Below, piece by piece: positions 1-9,889 of a stretch of DNA of 64,000 nucleotides (position 1 is its first letter; every line of letters begins with the position of its first letter). The stretch comes from Chamaesiphon sp. (GTDB taxonomy: Bacteria > Cyanobacteriota > Cyanobacteriia > Cyanobacteriales > Chamaesiphonaceae): contig CBDFFH010000049.1 in the NCBI GenBank assembly GCA_965246715.1, forward strand, positions 1 through 64,000. The letters run 5' to 3'. The position numbers and the translations under genes were made by a program. Under the pieces are notes generated by a model. The model made no database searches. It had not been told where the DNA came from and was given only the letters and a program-made list of their open reading frames with translations.

Positions 1-1024
1 TGTTAGCTGGTGGACTCAACTGCGTCTGTGGATTTGCACAGAGCCGCTCCAAGTCAGCTAAAACAGCCGCAGCAGTTTGGTAGCGGTGAATCGGGGTCTC
101 CTCCCACATCCGATTTAAAATCTTCACTAAACCATCACTTACCACTGCTTGAGAGTGCCAGTTATCCCGCAAGCATAAGGCTTGCGGATTGAGACCAGTC
201 AGAAGGACGATTATGGTCACCGCGAGGGCATAGAGATCGCTACTCGGGTAACTTTGTCCCAGCCAGATCTGTTCGTAGGGTGCATAACCGAGTTTGCCGA
301 CGATCGATTTTTGGGTACCAGCAGAATTCGATCGACCGATATTTTGCGCTGACTCCTGACTTTGAATCAGCGCGGATCTACCGATCCCAAAGTCAATTAA
401 GACTGGCAAATGGCAGTCATCCGAGAGCATGATATTATCCGGGGCGATATCGCGATGGACGATCTGACGATCGTGCAAATAACTCAACACGGGTAATAGA
501 TTTTTTAACAACTCGATAGCTTCGGCTTCAGAGAAGTTCTTGCCTTGTTGTTGGCGTTCGCGCAATAGCGCTGAATAAGTCTGACCTTTGATATATTCTT
601 GGACGATAAATAGACGGTTGTTTTCTTCAAAACACGCATAGAATTTGGGGATTTGCGCGCGATCGATCTGATGGAGAATTTTGGCTTCCCGCTCGAACAA
701 TTCCCGCGATTTTTGCGCTTCAACGTCACCCTCATACTGGGGCAAAAATTCTTTGACAACACAGGGTTCATTAAACCGATAGAGATCGAGCGTCAGATAA
801 GTCCGCCCAAACCCACCTTGTCCTAATACTCGTTGCATCTCATACCGATTAGCTAATAGCATTTTATCGTTACCAGCCTGCGATGACGGCGATAGCGTCG
901 ATTGGAGCTGTTCTAAAGAACCATCAACGTAGAGTTTCAATGGCACTAATTCAGTTTTGCCATTGGATTGGACTTTAGCGTACACGATTTGTACGAATGA
1001 TTCACCCTTTCGATGCTCGACCAT
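1..1024 (-). CDS. Ser/Thr protein kinase (Pkn2-type), 3' end runs off the window; missing from the ORF track
   Basis: Manual translation of the minus strand from ATG 1024 (AGGAAGCGAGGA upstream). Motifs: LGQGGFGRTY, VVKEF, HRDIAPDNIM, LIDFG, GKLGYAPYEQ, SDLYALAV. No stop before base 1. Alternative start ATG 862. Confidence 0.9.
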   Translation of the reverse strand, partial: MVEHRKGESFVQIVYAKVQSNGKTELVPLKLYVDGSLEQLQSTLSPSSQAGNDKMLLANRYEMQRVLGQGGFGRTYLTLDLYRFNEPCVVKEFLPQYEGDVEAQKSRELFEREAKILHQIDRAQIPKFYACFEENNRLFIVQEYIKGQTYSALLRERQQQGKNFSEAEAIELLKNLLPVLSYLHDRQIVHRDIAPDNIMLSDDCHLPVLIDFGIGRSALIQSQESAQNIGRSNSAGTQKSIVGKLGYAPYEQIWLGQSYPSSDLYALAVTIIVLLTGLNPQALCLRDNWHSQAVVSDGLVKILNRMWEETPIHRYQTAAAVLADLERLCANPQTQLSPPAN

Positions 1025-1118
1025 TTTGTCCTCGCTTCCTACTAAACTTGGTAGTAGACCTTCTAGTGCTATTTACGGGTGGGTCTAGCTAGTTATGCAC
1101 TCGCAGTAAGTAGCTAAT

Positions 1119-2039
1119 TTACTTGACATTGGTTGCTTTCTTCGGTGCGCTCTGGCTATCCCCGAATAGCCGGACTGGTTTTTGCCTGAGTAGATCTGCT
1201 GGAGATCGATCGGAGGCAAAGATCGATCGGACGCGCTCGACGACAGAGATCGTATATTTATAGTCCGGAACGGTACCATTAGGAATCAACCCAACCTCTT
1301 GCGCGATGGGCGATGGGGTATCTTTCAAAATTTGGCGGAGCGATGCTTGGACTTTTAGATCGACTGTCGCACTAACTAGTATTACGCCCATCGGCACTCT
1401 ATGGGTATCGGTAAACAGAATGCGGAATTCTGTCTGCGGGATCGCCGTGCGGTAATTATTGAATTCTTGAACCGACAACGCGCCAGCATCGGCAGTACCT
1501 GCTGCTACCGCCGCTAAAATTTCTTTGGGCGTGGCTGAGACAATGACTTCTGATAGGGTCGAGCCATATAAGTTGAAGAGCGGGTAATAGTACCCCGTGG
1601 CCGAACCTGGTTGCCCGAGCGCGAGTTTTTTACCAATCAAAGATTTCAAATCTTGGTAGGGACTATCCTTTTTGACTACTAAGATCGATCGTAAATTATC
1701 GAGTCCTTCAAGAGGAACCAGCGCAGTATACTGGTATTGCGACATGGCAATTGCGGCCAAGCCCGGTGGTGCGAATACCAGCGACCAGGCTTTCGCGCTA
1801 ATTCGTTCTAGGGCTTTAGTTTCGTTATAAGTAGGTTCGATTTGCACTAACGACTGCATCTGTTCTGCTAAATACTGTTTGAACCGATCGTATTGGGCGA
1901 TCGATTGCGTTCCCGCATCATAATTAAGGGTACCGATCGTCAATTGTTCGCCTTGGATCGCTCGCCTAACTCCGCAACTCGACAAGAATAACCAAGTTAA
2001 AAAGAAACGACGAGAAGTTGTCGATCGCAGCATATGCAT
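1119..2039 (-). CDS. PhnD/PtxB-like phosphate/phosphonate-type substrate-binding lipoprotein (no permease nearby)
   Basis: Lipobox FLSSC after an RRFF signal; SILVVKKDSPY..LKSL.GKKLALGQPGSATGYYYP is typical of PhnD-family proteins. Start uncertain (2033, 2039 or 2117). Confidence 0.8.
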   Translation of the reverse strand: MHMLRSTTSRRFFLTWLFLSSCGVRRAIQGEQLTIGTLNYDAGTQSIAQYDRFKQYLAEQMQSLVQIEPTYNETKALERISAKAWSLVFAPPGLAAIAMSQYQYTALVPLEGLDNLRSILVVKKDSPYQDLKSLIGKKLALGQPGSATGYYYPLFNLYGSTLSEVIVSATPKEILAAVAAGTADAGALSVQEFNNYRTAIPQTEFRILFTDTHRVPMGVILVSATVDLKVQASLRQILKDTPSPIAQEVGLIPNGTVPDYKYTISVVERVRSIFASDRSPADLLRQKPVRLFGDSQSAPKKATNVK

Positions 2040-2182
2040 AACCGATAATCGAGGGTGATTTAGCACCAGTTTAGCTCGAAACATCGAACGCGATACATCA
2101 TTGTAATATTGTAACAACTACTATAACTTATTTGCTACAATATGTTTACAAAGGTTAAGAGTTTAATGGGGATTCAACCATC

Positions 2183-3388
2183 ATGCGCCCGCGTCAGTCT
2201 GTCATGGAAATCTTTGCTACATTCTTATGTTTTGAAGACGATACGATCGCTGGCTGGATCGTAGATGGACGATTGCGACGGAGTATGCAAGCATGTCTCG
2301 ATCGAGCTGACGATCGCCACATCTCGCCTCAGTTTTGGGCGTTATATTGGCACCAACTTTGGCAACAAGAACCGAGCGCGCTCGCCAAAAATCATTTGGC
2401 GGCTTATCTGCAAGAGGTTTGTTATCGCTCGGCTCAAAAATTAATAATAAATTTGTCTGGCGGACAGTCGATCGCGGATTTTTTTCAAATTGCCATCGTC
2501 AAAATCGATCGAGTAATCAAGGGTTTTAATCCCCACTATGGCACTGAGTTAAAAAATTATGCCAGCTTAGCTTTTACTAATGCAATTAAAGACACCTTGC
2601 GTCAGCGCCAAGAAGTAGATGTTTGCACCGATTGGGCACTATTACACAAGGTCAGTCACAAACGTGTAATTGCCGCTCTCCAAAATTTGGGATTCGCTCG
2701 GGAGCAGATCGCTACTTATATTTTGGCGTGGCAATGTTTTAAAACCATTTATGCCCCGACAGCCGAAACCGGGTTGCGAAAACTCCAGCAACCAGAGCCA
2801 GCAATCTTTGCAGAGATTGCCAAGCTGTACGATCGAGAACGCGTGCGGGAGATCGCCACGATTGCCACTGCCTGCGATGGCGAATCGATCGCCCAATGGC
2901 TGACTGTTTGCGGTAGAGCGGTGCGGACATATCTCTATCCGACCTTAATTTCGGCATCTCAACCGCACCCATTCGCCGAAACTGGCGAATTCTTGGATAA
3001 TTTTGAATCCACCTTTCAAGATTCCTTGTTGGCACGTGCGATCGATCGCGAAGCCGAGACAGCGCGTGCCGCCGAGCGATCTCAGTTACAAAAGGTGCTA
3101 TTAAAAGCATTAATTAAAGTCGATCTGCCATCTCAACGGTTGTTGCAACTGTATTATGGGCAGGGGCTGACGCAACAAGAGATCGCCACCCAATTGATGA
3201 CCAAGCAATATACCATTTCGCGACGGCTCAATCGGGTTAGACAGCTCCTCTTAAATGCCTTAGGGGAATGGAGTCAAACGAAAGTGCATGAATCGATAAC
3301 GCCGAACGTAATCGATCTTATGAGTATCGCGATCGAGGAATGGTTGAAGGTACATTATGGCTCCGCCGACCTGCCTGCCCAAAATTGA
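2183..3388 (+). CDS. Atypical cyanobacterial sigma-70-family factor (DUF1822-associated)
   Basis: Region-2-like FFQIAI..IDRVIKGFNP..G.ELKNYASLAFTNAIKDTLR and region-4 HTH LLQLYYGQGLTQQEIA.QL..KQYTISRRL. Confidence 0.8.
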   Translation: MRPRQSVMEIFATFLCFEDDTIAGWIVDGRLRRSMQACLDRADDRHISPQFWALYWHQLWQQEPSALAKNHLAAYLQEVCYRSAQKLIINLSGGQSIADFFQIAIVKIDRVIKGFNPHYGTELKNYASLAFTNAIKDTLRQRQEVDVCTDWALLHKVSHKRVIAALQNLGFAREQIATYILAWQCFKTIYAPTAETGLRKLQQPEPAIFAEIAKLYDRERVREIATIATACDGESIAQWLTVCGRAVRTYLYPTLISASQPHPFAETGEFLDNFESTFQDSLLARAIDREAETARAAERSQLQKVLLKALIKVDLPSQRLLQLYYGQGLTQQEIATQLMTKQYTISRRLNRVRQLLLNALGEWSQTKVHESITPNVIDLMSIAIEEWLKVHYGSADLPAQN

Positions 3389-3403
3389 TGAGGCACTTAA
3401 TTT

Positions 3404-4561
3404 ATGAACGCACCTACTCTCTCATCTATGACTGATATCCCCGCCTTACAACTAGAAATCCCCCCCAACTCGCAATCACAATTTTGGCGACAGTCCAAGA
3501 CTGCGTACACTACCACTGGCAATTGCTGGCGAGCCGCGATCGAGCGAGCCTGTCTGGATGCGGTCTTGCCTTGGCTCCAGGAAAGCGATCCGCAAGCGCG
3601 GCTGTGGACGAATGCCGCCAACCTGCCCAGTTTTTGGGAGCTAGTGAGCGGCTCGGCGATCGATCTCAATGGCTGTAGATGGGTACTGATTCCCACTACG
3701 GCGATCGATTTTGCCGAATTGCGGGTGCCTCAAGAGTGGGTCGATCTCCCCAGTTGGGCTGGAGACTATTATCTCTCGATTTATGTCAATCCGGAAGTAG
3801 ATGAAGTTCGGGTATTAGGCTATACCAGCCACAACCAGCTCAAACGCCACAGCCGATACGATCCGCTCGATCGCACCTACAGTCTCGACACAGAAGATTT
3901 AATTGCCGACATCAACGTGCTATGGCTGTCGCGGCAATTATGCCCGACAGAAGTACTCCGTGCCGATCTCCGACCCTTACCGCAGCTGCCGCTAGCACAA
4001 GCTGAAAACCTCCTCAATCGCTTGGGCAACCCCAGCGAACTGCGACCGCGTTTGGCAGTCCCCTTTGCCCTCTGGGGGGCTTTATTGGAACATGGCGGGT
4101 GGCGACAACAGTTATATCGGCACCGACTGGGTTTGCCCGAACCCTGGTCGATAACTGAATGGTTTCAAGCTGGAGTCTCCCAACTCGCACAGCAAGTCGG
4201 CTGGGAAACGATGACAATGGAGCCTAGTCTGGTGTTGGCACGGGGTACGGAGCTAGCCACTCCAAAAGCATTCTTGCGGCAATTATCGATCGCGGGACGG
4301 TCTTATGAGTTGCGGATTTTCCCGAAAGGAACCGATTTATGGCGATTTGAGTTGCATAGCGCTAGCGCCCTCCCGATTCCGCGTGGGTTTAAATTACGGC
4401 TGCTGGCTGAGGATTTGTCACCGTTTACCAATAATGAAGATTTGGCGCTGACAGAGATCGATCGTTTGTATCTAGAAGTCCGACTCATTCCTGGCGACGG
4501 ACTCGTATGGGAAATCGAACCGCAACCCGATTTATTCGATCGGGAAATTATGCGCTTTTAA
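3404..4561 (+). CDS. DUF1822 family protein
   Basis: Signature LIPTTAIDFAELRVPQEWVDLPSWAGDYY; C-terminal beta domain LPIPRGFKLRLLAEDL; starts 15 bp after the sigma-like gene. Confidence 0.85.
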   Translation: MNAPTLSSMTDIPALQLEIPPNSQSQFWRQSKTAYTTTGNCWRAAIERACLDAVLPWLQESDPQARLWTNAANLPSFWELVSGSAIDLNGCRWVLIPTTAIDFAELRVPQEWVDLPSWAGDYYLSIYVNPEVDEVRVLGYTSHNQLKRHSRYDPLDRTYSLDTEDLIADINVLWLSRQLCPTEVLRADLRPLPQLPLAQAENLLNRLGNPSELRPRLAVPFALWGALLEHGGWRQQLYRHRLGLPEPWSITEWFQAGVSQLAQQVGWETMTMEPSLVLARGTELATPKAFLRQLSIAGRSYELRIFPKGTDLWRFELHSASALPIPRGFKLRLLAEDLSPFTNNEDLALTEIDRLYLEVRLIPGDGLVWEIEPQPDLFDREIMRF

Positions 4562-4620
4562 GCGTATGCCTATTTCGTTCTCGATTAAAAGTTATCATCG
4601 CTGCGATCGATCTAGCTACT

Positions 4621-4923
4621 TTAGTTCCAGTCTTCTTGTTCTTGATATTTCTTGGCTTTGACTTGATAAATCTGTTCGTTATTATGCAACTCGCGGGTTT
4701 TGGCAAAAAGTTCTTCTTCAGTGAGTTGCCATTTGACTAATAATCGATCGAGATGTGCTTGGATTTCTGCCGCACCTGGAAATCCCCGATAACGGATTCT
4801 CAGTCTAGCGAGTTCGGCAAGAGCCATATTTTCACTCGGATCGCTTTCTAATAATCGATCGACGATCGCGCGATCGATCTTCTCTTGGGGATGCCGTTGT
4901 GGTAATTTGCTCTGCTCTGCCAT
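4621..4923 (-). CDS. DUF3288 family protein
   Basis: Q.HPQ...DR.IVD.LL...LAELARLRIRYRGFPGA..IQ..LD motif. Confidence 0.8.
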   Translation of the reverse strand: MAEQSKLPQRHPQEKIDRAIVDRLLESDPSENMALAELARLRIRYRGFPGAAEIQAHLDRLLVKWQLTEEELFAKTRELHNNEQIYQVKAKKYQEQEDWN

Positions 4924-4989
4924 GTGAAACGGGTTAGGGTTGAGGGAAGATAGATGTTTCGATCTATTTTACCTCCAAACATCTAGCCT

Positions 4990-6399
4990 ATGTTCTTACC
5001 TATCTCGATCGATGCGTCGGTAGCTACAATTACGCATGACCTAACTAGATTCTCTCTTCCCGAACCACTACTGGCTGTAGTTGCTGCAGAAAATTCTCCA
5101 GTCTTGCTGACTGGAGTACTGCTGAGTCTAGTGATAATTTATTTGGGTAGCAAAATTGGGGCGGAGATTGCCAACCGCTGGGATTTCCCACCTGTTTTGG
5201 GTGAATTGGTGGCAGGAGTCATCATCGGGGTATCGGCTTTACACTTAGTTATTTTTCCCGATAGTGGTTTGGCTGCCGCAGATTCGGGCATCATGTCCGT
5301 CCTACAATCGATTTATCAGCTTACCCCCACCGCTGCGGCTAGTGTCTTTGAATCCCAAAGTGAAATTATCTCAGTTTTCGCCGAATTAGGAGTCATCGTG
5401 CTCCTATTTGAAATCGGCTTAGAATCCGATTTGCGGCAATTAAAACAAGTTGGGGTGCAAGCAGTTGTTGTGGCTTGTGTGGGGGTGGCTGTGCCGTTTG
5501 CTGCTGGGACTGTGGGGTTGATGACCTTATTCCATGTGGCAGCGATTCCGGCGATTTTTGCTGGTGCGGCATTAACTGCGACTAGTATCGGGATTACTTC
5601 GAAAGTCCTCTCCGAACTGGGACAGCTCCAATCCAAGGAAGGTCAAATTATCGTCGGTGCGGCGGTAATCGATGATGTCCTCGGTATTATTGTGCTCGCG
5701 GTAGTGGCGAGTTTGGCCAAAACGGGTGAAATCGATGTTAGGAATGTTATTTACCTCATCGTCAGCGCGACAGTATTTCTGGTCGGTGCGATCTTATTGG
5801 GGCGGGTGGCCGATCGAACTTTTGTTACTGTCGTCGAAACATTGAAGACTCGCGGTAATATCGTGATTCCCGCATTTATCTTTGCTTATTTCATGGCATT
5901 TGTGGGCAATGCCATCCACCTCGAAGCGATTCTCGGAGCCTTTGCGGCGGGATTGGTTTTGGATGAAACCGATGCCCGCAATGAATTAGATGAATTAATC
6001 AAACCTGTCGCGGATTTGTTGGTACCGATTTTCTTTGTGACGGTTGGCGCGCGCGCCGATTTAGGAGTCCTGAACCCGGCGATTGCGGCCAATCGGGATG
6101 GTTTATTAATTGCTAGCTTCCTAATTACCATCGCGATCGTTGGTAAACTCGTGACGGGGTGGGTGGTATTTGGGCAACCAGGTATCAATCGACTGGCAAT
6201 TGGCGTGGGGATGATTCCACGCGGTGAAGTGGGTTTGGTGTTTGCCGGCATCGGGAGTGCTAGCGGCGCGATCGCCAAGCCCTTAGAAGTAGCTATTATC
6301 GTGATGGTGATTATTACAACATTTCTGGCACCACCATTTTTGCGGGTTGCTTTTGGTCAGGCGATCGCTGCCGATCCGAAAACTGATAAATTAATCTGA
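4990..6399 (+). CDS. CPA2 cation:proton (Na+/H+) antiporter, NhaS3/NapA-like
   Basis: Many TM helices; LFEIGLES, ATSIGIT, GAAVIDDVLG, GMIPRGEVGL motifs. Confidence 0.92.
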   Translation: MFLPISIDASVATITHDLTRFSLPEPLLAVVAAENSPVLLTGVLLSLVIIYLGSKIGAEIANRWDFPPVLGELVAGVIIGVSALHLVIFPDSGLAAADSGIMSVLQSIYQLTPTAAASVFESQSEIISVFAELGVIVLLFEIGLESDLRQLKQVGVQAVVVACVGVAVPFAAGTVGLMTLFHVAAIPAIFAGAALTATSIGITSKVLSELGQLQSKEGQIIVGAAVIDDVLGIIVLAVVASLAKTGEIDVRNVIYLIVSATVFLVGAILLGRVADRTFVTVVETLKTRGNIVIPAFIFAYFMAFVGNAIHLEAILGAFAAGLVLDETDARNELDELIKPVADLLVPIFFVTVGARADLGVLNPAIAANRDGLLIASFLITIAIVGKLVTGWVVFGQPGINRLAIGVGMIPRGEVGLVFAGIGSASGAIAKPLEVAIIVMVIITTFLAPPFLRVAFGQAIAADPKTDKLI

Positions 6400-6402
6400 T
6401 AT

Positions 6403-6440
6403 CTAAAAGCCGCTGGATATAGATATCCAACGGCTTTTAG
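6403..6440. terminator. Bidirectional intrinsic terminator between the antiporter and tRNA-Pro
   Basis: CTAAAAGCCGCTGGATAT / ATATCCAACGGCTTTTAG inverted repeat between convergent genes. Confidence 0.75.
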
Positions 6441-6446
6441 CATATA

Positions 6447-6520
6447 TCGGGGTGACAGGATTCGAACCTACGGCATCCTGCTCCCAAAGCAGGCGCGCTA
6501 CCAAGCTGCGCTACACCCCG
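6447..6520 (-). tRNA. trnP: tRNA-Pro (TGG)
   Basis: Reverse complement CGGGGTGTAGCGCAGCTTGGTAGCGCGCCTGCTTTGGGAGCAGGATGCCGTAGGTTCGAATCCTGTCACCCCGA folds as a cloverleaf with anticodon TGG and T-loop GTTCGAATC; CCA not encoded. Confidence 0.97.
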
Positions 6521-6584
6521 TTATGAATGCGCTTTAGCAATCATAGCACAGATCGATCGAGATTAACTAAAAATTGTTGTTAAA

Positions 6585-7112
6585 TCAGTCGGGATACCAA
6601 AACATACCCTTAATCCCTTCCGGATCTTCGACAAATCCCATCCCACTGTAGAAGCCGACAACGTGAGAGTCCGCAAACAATGTGATATTGCTGATATCTT
6701 GCGCGCGAATTTTATCGATCGTAAATTTCATCATTGCCTTCCCCAACCGCTTGCCCTGATAATCGGGATGCACGACCACATCCCAAACGGTGGCGTTGAA
6801 TGCATGATCGGAAGTAGCGCGTGCGAACCCAATCATCCGCTTGGTCGCACCCTTGACCTCCCACATCGAGACTACGATAAAACTATGCTGAATCGCCTTC
6901 TTGACTTTGCGGAGCGGACGACGCGACCAACCAACAATGTCGCATAACTCCTCCAACTCGTAAAGATCGAGATCGCGATCGGTGCTGAGAAAAATTTGGG
7001 TATTTGGGGGTGGATTAATTCCAGTTACTTGTATGGGAGTGCCGATGGCGGTACCTTCTTTTGACTCAGTAGCTAGATCGCCGCCACTAAATAAACTCTT
7101 CCAAAAAACCAT
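6585..7112 (-). CDS. ycf52: GNAT N-acetyltransferase, Ycf52 family
   Basis: [56 protein letters not shown]. Probable start ATG 7112 (MVFWKSLF). Confidence 0.88.
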   Translation of the reverse strand: MVFWKSLFSGGDLATESKEGTAIGTPIQVTGINPPPNTQIFLSTDRDLDLYELEELCDIVGWSRRPLRKVKKAIQHSFIVVSMWEVKGATKRMIGFARATSDHAFNATVWDVVVHPDYQGKRLGKAMMKFTIDKIRAQDISNITLFADSHVVGFYSGMGFVEDPEGIKGMFWYPD

Positions 7113-7404
7113 GTGGTGTGGGCAGCAGGTTGATAGTTTCCGTTCCGAACGCGCACCAGCTAAATGTGGTGAATTATTAGGGAATTTAAACAAATCATAA
7201 CATTATTTTTACGATTAAGTCCCTACTCCTTAGCGGATGTACGGGGGTTTATCGGAGCTTACTAGTGCGGTATTAGTTAGCTAAACGTTCGCGCATAATT
7301 TCTCCCCCGATCGATTTATCGCGATCGATTGAGGTAAAAACCGTAGCTAAATTGCTGCCTTACCCCTGTTATACTAGGAAGGCTGTGCCTAAATATATAT
7401 TCCT

Positions 7405-7578
7405 ATGGCAGTTCCTAAGAAGAAAACATCCAAATCCAAACGCGATAAGCGCCGTGCTACTTGGCGCAACAAAGCTGCAATCCAAGCAAGAAAAGCGTTG
7501 TCGTTGGGCAAATCCGTCCTGACTGGCAGATCGACTAGCTTTGTTTATCCTCAGCCAGAAGAAGAAGAGGCCGAATAG
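7405..7578 (+). CDS. rpmF: 50S ribosomal protein L32
   Basis: 57 aa [43 protein letters not shown]..., below the ORF-track cutoff. Confidence 0.96.
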   Translation: MAVPKKKTSKSKRDKRRATWRNKAAIQARKALSLGKSVLTGRSTSFVYPQPEEEEAE

Positions 7579-7687
7579 TCTGTGTTGATTGGTGATTGGT
7601 GAGATGGATCTAGTGGTCGATCGAATTACCTAAAATTAGTTACCCTAGTAGTAATCGATAACCAATCTCCATAAGCTGGATAACTGA

Positions 7688-8281
7688 ATGACGATCGGTA
7701 AATTTTTTCGTAAACCTGAGAGCGAAGAATCACAGCGAGTACCTCCAGGTCAATACCTGACTAAAGGTTTTCCCATCATGACGTATGGGCAAACTCCACA
7801 GATCGAAACCGCACAATGGCAACTCCGCATCTGGGGCTTAGCCACTGCAAAGACGCTGAGATGGGCACAGCTGATGGATTTGCCGCAACATGAATTTACT
7901 GCGGACTTTCACTGCGTAACGCGCTGGTCGAAGCTGGATGTGAGCTGGAAAGGGGTAAAAGTCAGTGACTTTATGACCCTCATCGCCGTAGAACCCACCG
8001 CAACTCATGTGATGCAACATTGCTATGGTGGCTACACGACAAATATCCCGCTGGCAGATTTCCTAAATCCCGATAATTTCTTCGCTCATACACTCTTTGA
8101 CGAACCGCTCCCCCTCGAACATGGTGGCCCGTTGAGGCTGGTGGTACCGCATCTCTATGCGTGGAAGAGTGCCAAATGGATTAATGGCCTAGAATTTCTC
8201 TCCCACGATGAATCTGGATTTTGGGAGCGCAATGGCTACCATAATCATGGCGAACCATGGGCAGAAGAAAGATATTCATAA
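7688..8281 (+). CDS. Sulfite oxidase-like molybdopterin-binding oxidoreductase
   Basis: RVPPGQ, DFHCVTRWS, EHGGPLRLVVPHLYAWKSAKW, GFWE.NGYH motifs. Confidence 0.9.
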   Translation: MTIGKFFRKPESEESQRVPPGQYLTKGFPIMTYGQTPQIETAQWQLRIWGLATAKTLRWAQLMDLPQHEFTADFHCVTRWSKLDVSWKGVKVSDFMTLIAVEPTATHVMQHCYGGYTTNIPLADFLNPDNFFAHTLFDEPLPLEHGGPLRLVVPHLYAWKSAKWINGLEFLSHDESGFWERNGYHNHGEPWAEERYS

Positions 8282-8566
8282 ATCACGATCGAGCATCCGG
8301 AGGGTGGGTAATGCCAGCCCTTTTAACGTGTAAAATTAGCCATCTAGTTTAAAATTAGCTCCCATCTTAATAACATTCTGGACGATACGCTGAAATTTTA
8401 TTAGTGTCAATCTATATTATGTCGCCAGATGAATTATACTCAGCTGTAGCTCTGTCAATGTTACTTTGTCCGAGGAGCTATCGATTGAGTATGAAAAGCT
8501 CATCGGTAGAGCTTGAGAGTCTTGATAGAGCTAAAAATCAAGCATCTTACCCCCGATCGAGAATTA

Positions 8567-8843
8567 ATGAAATCATCTACCTAAATATTTGCCGCTCTGG
8601 TATCAGCTTTGGCTATATTTAGCCAGCCGGCCATCGCTACATACGTCCATGCCGCTCGTCAATTTAATGTTAATAAAGATAATATTAATGTTGGTGCCAA
8701 GAACAGAAAAAATTTGTTGGAATGTTCCCAGGAATAGTATTCAAATTACTGAATATGCAGATGGTAAGAATCGTAATTTAGCACAATCTAAAGCTTTCTT
8801 ACGAGATCTAGCCAACTCAGCAATACAAAATGGTGCGCGGTAG
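8567..8843 (+). pseudogene. Probable decayed gene for a small secreted protein
   Basis: Reads MKSST*IFAALVSALAIFSQPAIA..., a signal peptide with an in-frame TAA at 8582 and a further frame break near 8730. Confidence 0.35.
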
Positions 8844-8919
8844 ATCCAATCTTATCAAACTCTATGTGCTTATTTTTACTTATTAAAAAGGAGTCGAGTA
8901 TTGTACTCAACCCTTTTTT

Positions 8920-9141
8920 CTATACAGCAACTTTCTTGTGACGTGAGATCGCTTCCGATCTTCTTTTCCCCTGATCTTCAGGAGAAATCCACTCAAAAAC
9001 AAGATCGTTTTCCTGAAACTTCATTCGCTCTGTATGATATTTCTCTCCTGAAAGAAACATCATCGGAATGCCATCAGGAAAGGCAGTACAATTACCATCA
9101 AACTGATAATATTTGCAGATTGGGCAGCCAATTTTGTTCAT
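8920..9141 (-). CDS. Small Cys-rich (probable Zn-binding) hypothetical protein
   Basis: CPICKYY....C.AFPDGIP....SG...H pattern; co-oriented downstream of the 9241-10348 pair. Confidence 0.6.
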   Translation of the reverse strand: MNKIGCPICKYYQFDGNCTAFPDGIPMMFLSGEKYHTERMKFQENDLVFEWISPEDQGKRRSEAISRHKKVAV

Positions 9142-9240
9142 AATTCTGTCACCTCATATATTGCAATTTGCCTGCGATTCTCTAAAGAGAGGCTATGCCA
9201 ACGAAGATAATAACCTCAATCGCTTGCTATGTATTAACCT

Positions 9241-9885
9241 TTACCCTCTCAAGCGCACCTCTCCATCTCCAGTCCTTGCGAACAAAGAGCGCACGATCGA
9301 ACCAAAAATCCGCCATCCGACCAAACTCAAACTGCCAATTCGAGTAGCCAACAGCAGTCGCTCCAACTCAATCTGAATGATGCCATCAAATAACACCGCA
9401 TTTGCCAAAGTATCTGGCGGATCTTGCGGTAGTGGCGGTAAATACAACCGTTGTGTCGATTGGAACTTCAACAACTGTCCCAACAAATCCTTCACTTGGG
9501 GAGTATCCACCGTAATTGGTTGAATCCGCAACAACGCCGCATAGTCTCGCCGCCCTGGTACCAGATCGCAGGTAGCAGAAGCCACCACAAACTTCATCCC
9601 AGTCAACCTTTCACCCAGTAGATAAGCAGCCTCCGTACTGACAATATCGCCTTGCAATAAACTAAACCTGTCCTCTGTTGAATCGATCGCACTACTAGAG
9701 ACAGCAGCATCATAATCCAGTGGACTCCGAACCAAAGCACCTGGCGCATTAAATATCTGCTGTCGCTGCTTGGTTTTCCCCAACCCTTGGGCAAAACTTC
9801 TCACTAACTGTACCGCGCTCTCATCATGAGATAAATCTCTCAACGCTACTTCTAGAGCGGCTAAATCCATCGGTAAATCTGACAC
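9241..9885 (-). CDS. Hypothetical protein with PemK/MazF-like features (putative toxin)
   Basis: LQGDIV...FVVASATCDL...YLPP...VLFD.I..I...L...RIGSL...F...FAR pattern; starts 4 bp after the upstream gene. Confidence 0.55.
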   Translation of the reverse strand: MSDLPMDLAALEVALRDLSHDESAVQLVRSFAQGLGKTKQRQQIFNAPGALVRSPLDYDAAVSSSAIDSTEDRFSLLQGDIVSTEAAYLLGERLTGMKFVVASATCDLVPGRRDYAALLRIQPITVDTPQVKDLLGQLLKFQSTQRLYLPPLPQDPPDTLANAVLFDGIIQIELERLLLATRIGSLSLVGWRIFGSIVRSLFARTGDGEVRLRG

Positions 9886-9889
9886 GCAC

